Both the position numbers and the translations under genes were made by a program. From Coriobacteriia bacterium (GTDB lineage Bacteria > Actinomycetota > Coriobacteriia > Anaerosomatales > JBAZZO01), in NCBI GenBank assembly GCA_041658765.1, contig JBAZZO010000010.1, positions 2,360 to 66,359 of the forward strand: a stretch of 64,000 nt of DNA, in the 5' to 3' direction. The notes under the pieces are model-generated. The model was not told the DNA's origin. It did no database searches and was given only the letters and a program-made list of their open reading frames with translations. Below are positions 8,041-15,509 of this stretch, piece by piece (position 1 is the stretch's first letter; each line of letters starts with the position of its first letter).

Positions 8041-8742
8041 TCACGCAGCGAGTGGCAGCCGATCGCCTTCGGGAGCGATCGTGCCGGGGCTGAAGCCCTT
8101 GGCGATCAGCCAGATCGCGAGCACCATCTCCTGCACCGCGAGCGGGAACATCAGGAAGTCGAGCGAGAGGCCCGCCATCCGCGCGAGGGGCGCTACGAGG
8201 TAGAAGACCGCTCCGACAAGTCCCCAGATCGAGAGCCATCGAGGGACGAGTCGCGCGCGAAAGAGCAGCCAGTAGAACATGAGAGCGCCGATGACGAAGG
8301 GCAGCGCGATGAGCTGTTCCCACACCAGCCCCTCGGCGGTCTGCAGCATCGCCGCGACCGGAGCGGCCGCGGCCGACGGCGCGGCGCTCATGGCGATGAG
8401 CACGAGCCAGATGAATGCGCTGATGACGTACGTCATGCCCTCGAGTGCTCCTCGGAAGATGACGTAGCCCATCGAGAGCACTTCGCTGAAGCGGCGGCCG
8501 ATCGGATAGAAGACCGCGGGCAGAGCCGACAGCGCGAAGCCCATGGTGAGCACGAGGAGCGCGCCGACGACCGTCGCGGTGCGGTGAGCGGCGATCTGCG
8601 CCAGGATGTCCGTGCCGGCGGCGAACGAAGGCATGATGGCCATGCCTAGCACGCCCGAGGCGGTGCCGACGATGTAGAGCACGCCGATGATGGTGGCAGC
8701 CCGGCGATCGGTGATCGCGCCGTCCGTTCGCTTAGCCGACAT
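8041..8742 (-). CDS. DUF4386-like polytopic membrane protein (paralog 2)
   Basis: Track ORF, 233 aa, hydrophobic multi-pass, paralogous to 6746..7447. It is the last gene of the ArsR-led operon. Confidence 0.6.
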   Translation of the reverse strand: MSAKRTDGAITDRRAATIIGVLYIVGTASGVLGMAIMPSFAAGTDILAQIAAHRTATVVGALLVLTMGFALSALPAVFYPIGRRFSEVLSMGYVIFRGALEGMTYVISAFIWLVLIAMSAAPSAAAAPVAAMLQTAEGLVWEQLIALPFVIGALMFYWLLFRARLVPRWLSIWGLVGAVFYLVAPLARMAGLSLDFLMFPLAVQEMVLAIWLIAKGFSPGTIAPEGDRLPLAA

Positions 8743-8998
8743 CGCGCATCATCTTCTCGATGGACTCGACCGACGTGCGGATCGCGCCGATGTCGGCCTG
8801 CATGCTCGACTGCGTCTCGCGCGTCTCTTGGGCGAGTCTGGTGTACTCGGCGTTCAGCTCCTCGAACTGCGCGCCGCTGCGCGACTTGATCTCCTCCATC
8901 TGGATCTGGTGACGCCGACGCGAGGGCGTGGTGACCACGCTGATCCCCAGGATCACGAACATCACGACGAGAAACGCCGCGGGTCCATCGATCGTCAT
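8732..8998 (-). CDS. hypothetical single-TM coiled-coil protein
   Basis: Track ORF, 88 aa. N-terminal TM helix (AAFLVVMFVILGISVV) followed by a charged helical region. It overlaps both neighbours (4 nt and 11 nt), consistent with operon membership. Confidence 0.45.
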   Translation of the reverse strand: MTIDGPAAFLVVMFVILGISVVTTPSRRRHQIQMEEIKSRSGAQFEELNAEYTRLAQETRETQSSMQADIGAIRTSVESIEKMMRDVG

Positions 8999-9333
8999 TG
9001 CTTTCCCCTTCCGGTTGGTTCGCTGTCCGCGCTCAGGGTCTTCGTCGCATCGGTGACGCGCTCGGGCGTCAGGTGCTCGTCGAAGTCCGTCACGCTGAAG
9101 AAGCGAAGCGCCTTTCCGTCTTCCGAGATCTCGTGGCGTCCGACCACGAGTCCCGCCTTCTCCAGTACCTGCAGGTGCATGTGGAGGAGCGGACGTCCGA
9201 TCCCGAGCTCCCGGGCCAACTCGCTGACGTAGCTCTCACGACTTCTCAGGGCTGCGAGGATCCGCAGCCGATGAGGGTTCGCAAGGGCGCTCAGCATCTG
9301 GAGCAACTGGTCGCCGGTCCGATCGTCCGTCAT
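8995..9333 (-). CDS. ArsR/SmtB-family HTH transcriptional regulator
   Basis: Track ORF trimmed to ATG 9333 (AAAGGAGAGGAC SD). LSALANPHRLRILAAL...YVSELARELGIGRPLLHMHLQVLEKAGLV is the ArsR-type wHTH. Confidence 0.75.
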   Translation of the reverse strand: MTDDRTGDQLLQMLSALANPHRLRILAALRSRESYVSELARELGIGRPLLHMHLQVLEKAGLVVGRHEISEDGKALRFFSVTDFDEHLTPERVTDATKTLSADSEPTGRGKQ

Positions 9334-9549
9334 GTCCTCTCCTTTACCTGTCAGCGTATCCTGACACGTGATGTTCCAACGTGTCAACACCAATTCGCGA
9401 AGAATCTTCCGCCAGGGGCAAAGGAAGAAGCCCCGGTCAAAGCGACCGGGGCTTCGATCAGTTCGAGTGCGGGCGCGATCCTCCGTTTGCGTGTGTCAAC
9501 GCCGGGTAGTATTCTCGGTACTACCATCGGCACTACCGCAAGGACCACC

Positions 9550-9825
9550 ATGGGCAAGATCAACATCTCGCTTCCCGACGGCATGCTCGAGGAGATCGAC
9601 CGCCGAGCAAGCGCAGCCGGCGCCACCCGCAGCGGCTTCCTCCAGGACGCCGCGGGACACTACCTGACCGCGCTCGACGAAGAGGCGGCGTGCGCCGCCC
9701 GGGCCAAGCGTGTTGGTCACGCACTGCAGAAGATGCGCTCGCTCGCGCCGGTGGTGGGCGCGCCGGGCTCGGCGAAAGCCATCCGCGAGATCCGCGATGC
9801 ACCGTCGCGTTGGGAGCAGCGGTGA
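9550..9825 (+). CDS. vapB: ribbon-helix-helix (CopG/VapB-type) antitoxin
   Basis: C-terminal 91 codons of track ORF 8998..9825. MGKINISLPDGMLEEIDRRA...RSGFLQDAA is an RHH motif. GTGA overlap with the downstream PIN gene. Confidence 0.7.
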   Translation: MGKINISLPDGMLEEIDRRASAAGATRSGFLQDAAGHYLTALDEEAACAARAKRVGHALQKMRSLAPVVGAPGSAKAIREIRDAPSRWEQR

Positions 9826-10247
9826 GCGGCAGCGGTCCCCGCTATGTGGTTGTCGACAGCTCGGTCGCCTTCAAGTGGTTCTGCAGCGACGACGAGAGTT
9901 CCGTCGATGAGGCCCTCGCGCTGTTCGCCGACCACCTCTCGGGCCGCATCACACTCATCGCACCGGCCCACCTGCCCGCCGAGGTGCTCAATGCCCTGGG
10001 ATGCCGCCCGAAGGTGACCTCGACGCAACTGGTCACCGCCGCTGAAGGTCTGGCCGAGAGCGAACTGCTCTACCCTGCGTGGGACCGTGATCTCCTCTGC
10101 GAGGCCGCGGTGCTCGCTCGCAAGCACAAGCTCACCATCTACGACGCACTCTTCCCTGCGCTCGCGATCCAGCTCGGCTGCGAGTTGGTCACCGCGGACA
10201 GGGCTCACGCTCGGCTGAAGGAGTGCGCGGTCCGGCTACTGCCCTGA
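9822..10247 (+). CDS. vapC: PIN-domain ribonuclease toxin VapC
   Basis: Track ORF 9690..10247 trimmed to GTG 9822. YVVVDSSVAFKWF..., ...TIYDALFPALA... and ...LVTADRAHARL supply the conserved acidic residues of the PIN fold. Confidence 0.75.
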   Translation: MSGSGPRYVVVDSSVAFKWFCSDDESSVDEALALFADHLSGRITLIAPAHLPAEVLNALGCRPKVTSTQLVTAAEGLAESELLYPAWDRDLLCEAAVLARKHKLTIYDALFPALAIQLGCELVTADRAHARLKECAVRLLP

Positions 10248-10275
10248 GACGCCACAAGCCCCCGCCGGGCGCCGA

Positions 10276-10671
10276 CTACTCATGCTCCGCGAAGAGACGG
10301 CCATGAACCGCGAGCTCGACCACCGGGACTGCTTCGACTCTGTCGGCGAGCGGATAGCGCTTCTCACCAGGGTAGAGCACGGCGACGCGATCCAACCCCA
10401 AGTCATCCAGAGCGATCCTGATCGACGGCGTCATCTTCGGCGCATCGGAACGCTTGCACTCCACCCCCACCAAGCACTCTCCCCGGCGCAGGATCAGGTC
10501 GATCTCGGCACCCTGATGGGTCGCCCAGAAGAACGCCTCGTCATGCGGCTCGCTCGCCAACACCTGCTCGATCGCGAACCCCTCCCAGGACGCGCCGAGC
10601 TTCGGATGACTCACCAAGGCCTTCGGAGTGTCGATGTGGTCGGACAGCACCACGTGAATCCGCCATCGCAC
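10276..10671 (-). pseudogene. C-terminal fragment of an AAA_14/DUF4143 ATPase gene
   Basis: Only the DUF4143-like C-terminus is present (..HPKLGASWEGFAIEQVLA...). The Walker-A N-terminal two thirds seen in the full-length paralog 10806..12131 are missing. The break coincides with a decayed tRNA-end repeat (10697-10728). Confidence 0.5.
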
Positions 10672-10696
10672 AACTGTTTTTCATGGTGTTCCGGAT

Positions 10697-10728
10697 CCGG
10701 CCTGACCTGCGATTCCGGTAAGGTGGCC
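10697..10728. repeat. decayed copy of the tRNA-Met 3' flank plus 3' end (putative old att site)
   Basis: CCGGCCTGACCTGCGATTCCGGTAAGGTGGCC versus 13834-13869 CCGGTCTGACCTGCGATTTCTTTGGTAGCGGGGGCC. The first 19 nt match 18/19, then similarity to the tRNA 3' end is gapped. Confidence 0.45.
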
Positions 10729-10805
10729 ATGGTGACCCTACGCGAAGTACAGATTCCGCAGAATGCGCCCTTGACAGACGGACACCTGCGCTCTAGCGTG
10801 GCGGC

Positions 10806-12131
10806 ATGAGCCTGCACCCGGTACTCGACGAGAAGCTGAGCGCTGCACTGGCGGAAGTACCGCCGGTCGCGCTCACCCGGCGCGACGCCCGGCTGCCAGC
10901 CGTGGCCGGCAAGGTGCACGCGGTGATCGGGATGCGGCGCGCGGGGAAGACGATGTTCCTGCGCCAACTGCTGGACGAGCGCCGGGCTACCCTACCTGCT
11001 CCGCAGGCGGTCTATCTCAGCTTCGACGACGACCGGCTAGCCGGCCTCGAGTTGGAGCAGCTCGACTTCCTGCTCGAGGAATACTACCGGCGCTATCCCG
11101 CGATGCGAGGGCGCAAGACAGTGAGCTGGTTCCTCGACGAGATCCAGCTCGTGCCCGGCTGGGAGCGTTTCGTCCGACGGGTACTGGACTCAGAGAGAGT
11201 CGAGATCGTCGTCTCCGGCTCCTCGGCGCGTATGCTCTCGCGCGAGGTCCACACCTCCCTGCGCGGTCGCGGGATGGCGACCGTCATCCGGCCCTTCAGC
11301 TTCCGTGAGTTCCTGCGCTACCGAGGTGAGGAGCCCGGCAGCGAACCTCGACGCTGGACACCGGCCGAGCGGTCGCTGATCGAGAAGCGCTTTCGGGAGT
11401 ACCTGGTCGAGGGCGGGTTCCCCGAGACGCAGGGAATACCAGCCACGCTTCGAATCGAGCTCTTGCAGGGCTACGTGGATACCGTGCTCTTCCTCGACGT
11501 TGTCGAGCGCTACGGGGTGTCGCAGGTGGCGGCCCTCCGCTGGCTAGTGCGTCAATGTTTGCGCAATCCGGCCGGGAGCTTCAGCGTCCACCGCCTGCAC
11601 CAGGACCTGAAGGCCCAAGGGCACGGCGTGGCGAACGAGGCCGTGCACGCGATGCTCGGCCATCTCCTGGACGCCTTCCTGCTCAGCGCCGTGCCGCTTG
11701 CGACCGAATCGGAGCGCCGTCGCAACTCGAACCCGCGCAAGCTCTATCCCGCAGACCCTGGCCTCATCAAGGCCTTCGACGCCAGCGGCCGCTCGAACGT
11801 CGGACACGCACTCGAGACCGCCGTGCTCAACGAACTGGAGAGGCGCGGGATGGAGGTCGGCTACGTGAAGACGGGTGACGGGCTGGAGGTGGACTTCCTC
11901 GCGCGCCGACCGGCTGGCGGAGAGGAATTGATCCAGGTGTGCGCAGACCTGTCGAGTCCAGAGACGCGCGCGCGTGAGCTGCGAGCCTTGACCGCAGCAG
12001 CGGAAGACCATCCGCGTGCTACGCAACGATTGCTGGTGCTCGACCGGGATGCGCTCGCACGCGCCGACGCGCCAGGGGTCGACGTACTGCCTGCCTACGA
12101 GTGGCTCCTCGCGGCACCGGAAGACGACTGA
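10806..12131 (+). CDS. AAA+ ATPase with DUF4143 C-terminal domain (AAA_14 family)
   Basis: Track ORF, 441 aa. AVIGMRRAGKTMFLRQ is the Walker A. WFLDEIQ is the Walker B. The C-terminal part is DUF4143-like. Confidence 0.7.
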   Translation: MSLHPVLDEKLSAALAEVPPVALTRRDARLPAVAGKVHAVIGMRRAGKTMFLRQLLDERRATLPAPQAVYLSFDDDRLAGLELEQLDFLLEEYYRRYPAMRGRKTVSWFLDEIQLVPGWERFVRRVLDSERVEIVVSGSSARMLSREVHTSLRGRGMATVIRPFSFREFLRYRGEEPGSEPRRWTPAERSLIEKRFREYLVEGGFPETQGIPATLRIELLQGYVDTVLFLDVVERYGVSQVAALRWLVRQCLRNPAGSFSVHRLHQDLKAQGHGVANEAVHAMLGHLLDAFLLSAVPLATESERRRNSNPRKLYPADPGLIKAFDASGRSNVGHALETAVLNELERRGMEVGYVKTGDGLEVDFLARRPAGGEELIQVCADLSSPETRARELRALTAAAEDHPRATQRLLVLDRDALARADAPGVDVLPAYEWLLAAPEDD

Positions 12132-12137
12132 ACCAGC

Positions 12138-12199
12138 CCTTCGTTGGACAGCCCGTTGGACACTCGTGCGCCAAAGCGAACAGGCCAGACACGGTTACC
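12138..12199. repeat. 62-bp direct repeat, copy 1
   Basis: CCTTCGTTGGACAGCCCGTTGGACACTCGTGCGCCAAAGCGAACAGGCCAGACACGGTTACC. It has 3 mismatches to 13773-13834. It starts 6 nt after the ATPase stop. Confidence 0.85.
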
Positions 12200-12340
12200 G
12201 GAAAAAACCACACGCGCACTCCCACGAGACCAGCTTACCTTTGACGCCACGTGGGAGGCAGGTCTGACACGCAATCGGCGGGCGGTCACCAGCTTACGGG
12301 GGTCCGCGACGCGGAAGGCTTGCCAACGTTCTCCAGCTTA

Positions 12341-12382
12341 TTTAGACTTCAACCACGAAGTCTAAATAGCGCTCAACGCTAT
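12341..12382. promoter_or_regulatory. two adjacent palindromes upstream of fic
   Basis: TTTAGACTTC-aaccac-GAAGTCTAAA (12341-12366) is immediately followed by ATAGCG-ctcaa-CGCTAT (12366-12382). Both are AT-rich and lie 25-65 nt upstream of the fic start. Confidence 0.3.
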
Positions 12383-12407
12383 TCAACTCGGCTGAGTAGG
12401 GGGACTG

Positions 12408-13559
12408 ATGCGCCGAGGACTGTCGGGGAGGTACGAGGTCAGCACGATCGGCGGCGAGACCTTTCGCGCCTTCGTGCCGGAACCGTTGCCACCGAATCCC
12501 CCGCTTGACCTGTCCGCACTGCAAAGATCTCTCGAGCGCGCGTCCATCGCCATTGGCCGGCTGGACAGCGTTTCGACCCTGCTGCCGGACACGGCGCTGT
12601 TCCTATACACCTACGTACGCAAAGAGGCGGTGCTGTCTTCGCAGATCGAAGGCACCCAGTCCTCCCTCTCGGACTTGCTGCTGTTCGAACTCGAGGAAGC
12701 GCCGGGCGTACCGTTCGACGACGTGGTAGAAGTCAGCAACTACGTTGCCGCGCTGGATGAAGGCCTTGCTCGGCTGAGGGGCGGCTTCCCCATCAGCGCA
12801 CGACTCATTCGAGAGATCCATGCGGTTCTCCTCTCCCGAGGTCGCGGCAGTGAGAAGCAGCCCGGTGAGTTCCGCCGGAGTCAGAACTGGATCGGCGGGA
12901 CGAGGCCTGGGAACGCGGTCTACGTGCCTCCGCCTCACGAGGAGGTCCAGCCGTGCATCGCCGCGTTAGAGCGATTCCTCCACGACGAGGGCTCGAGCCT
13001 GCCCCTTCTGGTCAAGGCGGCGCTTGCACACGCCCAGTTCGAGACCATCCACCCTTTCCTTGACGGCAACGGGAGAGTGGGCCGACTCTTGGTCACGTTG
13101 CTGCTGTGCGAGGGCGGGGTGCTTCGTGAGCCGCTGCTCTATCTCAGTCTGTACATGAAGCAGAATCGGGATGAGTACTACCGTCTGCTCAGCAGGTGTC
13201 GAACCGAGGGCGAATGGGAGGCGTGGGTCGCCTTCTTCCTCGAGGGAGTCGCGGAAACGGCCGACGACGCGGTCGGGACGGCGCGCAGCCTGGTCGGCAC
13301 GTTCGAGAGTGATAGGCGACGGATCCAGGACCTCGGACGCAAGGCCGGCTCGGCTCTGCGCGTGCACGACGCTCTGAAGTCCAGGCCGGTCCTGCTGCTG
13401 CCCGATGTCGTGACACGCTCCGGGCTGTCGTTCCCAGCCGCTGCATCCGCGATGGACTCCCTTGAGAAACTGGGAATCGCTCGCGAGGTGACCGGCAAGA
13501 AGCGGAACCGCGTGTTCGCGTACTCGGAGTACCTTCGCCTGCTCTCGGAAGGAACCTGA
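12408..13559 (+). CDS. fic: Fic-family protein (AMPylase-type) with N-terminal inhibitory motif and C-terminal wHTH
   Basis: Track ORF, 383 aa. HPFLDGNGRVGR is the canonical Fic motif HxFx(D/E)GNGRxxR. SSQIEGT matches the (S/T)xxxE(G/N) auto-inhibition helix. AGGGGG SD. Confidence 0.85.
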   Translation: MRRGLSGRYEVSTIGGETFRAFVPEPLPPNPPLDLSALQRSLERASIAIGRLDSVSTLLPDTALFLYTYVRKEAVLSSQIEGTQSSLSDLLLFELEEAPGVPFDDVVEVSNYVAALDEGLARLRGGFPISARLIREIHAVLLSRGRGSEKQPGEFRRSQNWIGGTRPGNAVYVPPPHEEVQPCIAALERFLHDEGSSLPLLVKAALAHAQFETIHPFLDGNGRVGRLLVTLLLCEGGVLREPLLYLSLYMKQNRDEYYRLLSRCRTEGEWEAWVAFFLEGVAETADDAVGTARSLVGTFESDRRRIQDLGRKAGSALRVHDALKSRPVLLLPDVVTRSGLSFPAAASAMDSLEKLGIAREVTGKKRNRVFAYSEYLRLLSEGT

Positions 13560-13772
13560 CCCCGATGGCCCTGAACCCCATCGTCTTCACCGAGAACGTC
13601 GTCAGGAGCTTCCTGCGCTACCCGCTGACGGCCTACTCGCTGGCCAATCGCAGCACACGCCTGTAGCCGACGGCCTGAATCACCGATCGGCTTCGAGCGG
13701 AATGGGTGATCGGCTTGGACCGGAATACGCAGCTAGGGCAGCGTCAGGCGGTGCGGCGGCGGTCTGTCCCTA

Positions 13773-13834
13773 CCTTCGTTGGACAGCCCGTTGGACACTC
13801 GTGCGCCAAAGCAAACAGGTCAGACACGGTTGCC
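13773..13834. repeat. 62-bp direct repeat, copy 2 (21 nt from tRNA 3' end)
   Basis: CCTTCGTTGGACAGCCCGTTGGACACTCGTGCGCCAAAGCAAACAGGTCAGACACGGTTGCC, 59/62 identical to copy 1. Confidence 0.85.
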
Positions 13835-13855
13835 CGGTCTGACCTGCGATTTCTT

Positions 13856-13856
<1 letters not shown>
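13817..13856. terminator. bidirectional hairpin terminator downstream of tRNA-Met
   Basis: AGGTCAGAC (13817-25) pairs with GTCTGACCT (13837-45) around an 11-nt loop. On + it is followed by GCGATTTCTTT, and on the other strand by GTTTGCTTTGG. Confidence 0.45.
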
Positions 13857-13932
<76 letters not shown>

Positions 13933-14039
13933 ACGATTCCGGACTTCTCGCGCTAGCACACACCTTCTCCACAAGCGCGGACTAGGATGTTAGCACCCGC
14001 TCCAGTACGAGGCAACACGTGCCGATGTTCACATTCGGC

Positions 14040-14209
14040 AAGGTATTCGCAAGGAACCGGTAAGACGGCAAGCGTACGATCGGGGAGCCCACGGATTCTA
14101 AACCGGTTCTCGCTGGTAAGGGCCTCGCAAGCATGGTAAACTGTCGAACTGCCTTCTCCCCGCGGCGTGCCGCGGGATCCGGCAGGGGTGACGAGCAGGA
14201 AGGGACGGA
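14040..14209 (+). promoter_or_regulatory. structured 5' leader of the NlpC/P60 gene (possible riboswitch, class unresolved)
   Basis: GAACCGGT (14054-61) pairs with ACCGGTTC (14102-09), enclosing CGGGGAGCCCA (14081-91). GC hairpin CCCGCGG-cgtg-CCGCGGG at 14059... see finding; the second hairpin is at 14159-14176. CCTTC (14152-56) is complementary to the SD GAAGG (14199-203). Confidence 0.25.
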
Positions 14210-15475
14210 ATGGCGCGGTATCGCCGCACGGGCCTCGCGGCTCGAGCAACCGCACTCATAGCAGCGACGGCCTTACTGGTCGGCTCCTTGGCGTCGGTCG
14301 CTCCGGCGATGGCCGAGCCGAGGGACGCGACGTTCATCGAAGTCTCGCGCGCGCTGGTCGCGCGCAGCGGCGCCATCGCCACCACCACCGCCGACTCCAC
14401 CTCGGCCGTACCCGTCCCGGTCGACCCGCGCACCGCCGCCTTCCGTGAGGAACTCGCGCGGCGCCAGGCCCGGCTCGAGGAACTCAAGGCGCAACTCGAC
14501 GAACTCGATCGCCAGCTCGCCGTCGCCGCGGAGTCGTACAACCAGGCCTCCGACCAGCTGACTTCGTTCCAGGAGCAGCTCTCGATCACCGAGAACGACC
14601 TCGAGAACGCGAAACTCGCCTACGACCGGCAGTCGCGCATGCTCACCACGCGCGTCGGCGCCATGTACCGCGACGGCGACCTCGAGGAACTCAGCGCCAT
14701 GGGCGTCATCCTCGGCTCCAAGTCGCTGTCCGACTTCGTCTCGCGCTTGGCCTTCCTGCGCGCGCTCGGCGAGAACGACGCGGGCGTCGCGGCACAGATG
14801 CGCGCCCAGCGCGATGCGATCCTGCGCACGGCGGCGGACCTGAAGGACTCCAAGCAGCAGGCCGAGGGCCTCGAGTTCTCGCTGCACGCGCGCCAGATCG
14901 AGATAACGTTGCGCATCGAGGAGCGCCAGGAGCTCCTCGCTAACGCCCAGGCCGACCTGCTCAAACTCCTCGACGAGGAGGCCTCGCGCCGTTCCCAGGA
15001 GGAAGCCGCGCTGCTGCGCGCCATCCTCTCCGGCGTCGGCAAGGCGGGCATCCCCGTCGAGCCGAACTCGGTCGTCGAGACCGCGCTCTCCTACCACGGC
15101 GTCCCGTACCTCTGGGGCGGCGCCACCCCGGCCGCCTTCGACTGCTCCGGCCTCGTGCTCTACGTCTTCGGCCAGCACGGCGTCATCTTGCCGCACTACT
15201 CGGGCAGCCAGTTCCTGCTCGGCACGCCCGTCCAGTACGTCGACCTCCTCCCAGGCGACGTGGTCTTCTTCGGTTCGCCGATACACCACGTGGGCATCTA
15301 CATCGGCGGAGGCTACTTCGTACACGCACCGCGGACGGGTGACTTCGTGAAGGTCAGCCTTCTCGCCGACCGCTCAGACTTCGCCGGCGCGCGCAGGTAC
15401 CCGTGGGTGCCGCGTGTCGGGCCGGTGCAAGGCGCCGAGACCGTGACCACCACCCCGGCTCCGGCCGCTCGCTAG
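14210..15475 (+). CDS. secreted NlpC/P60 (C40) peptidoglycan endopeptidase with N-terminal coiled coil (RipA-like)
   Basis: Track ORF, 421 aa. Signal peptide, then a long coiled coil. The C-terminal YHGVPYLWGGATPAAFDCSGLVLYVF...HHVGIYIGGGYFVHAP carries the catalytic Cys/His of the NlpC/P60 domain. Confidence 0.85.
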   Translation: MARYRRTGLAARATALIAATALLVGSLASVAPAMAEPRDATFIEVSRALVARSGAIATTTADSTSAVPVPVDPRTAAFREELARRQARLEELKAQLDELDRQLAVAAESYNQASDQLTSFQEQLSITENDLENAKLAYDRQSRMLTTRVGAMYRDGDLEELSAMGVILGSKSLSDFVSRLAFLRALGENDAGVAAQMRAQRDAILRTAADLKDSKQQAEGLEFSLHARQIEITLRIEERQELLANAQADLLKLLDEEASRRSQEEAALLRAILSGVGKAGIPVEPNSVVETALSYHGVPYLWGGATPAAFDCSGLVLYVFGQHGVILPHYSGSQFLLGTPVQYVDLLPGDVVFFGSPIHHVGIYIGGGYFVHAPRTGDFVKVSLLADRSDFAGARRYPWVPRVGPVQGAETVTTTPAPAAR

Positions 15476-15509
15476 CCCCGGGGACAGCACCGAACGCAAG
15501 GGGGGATCC

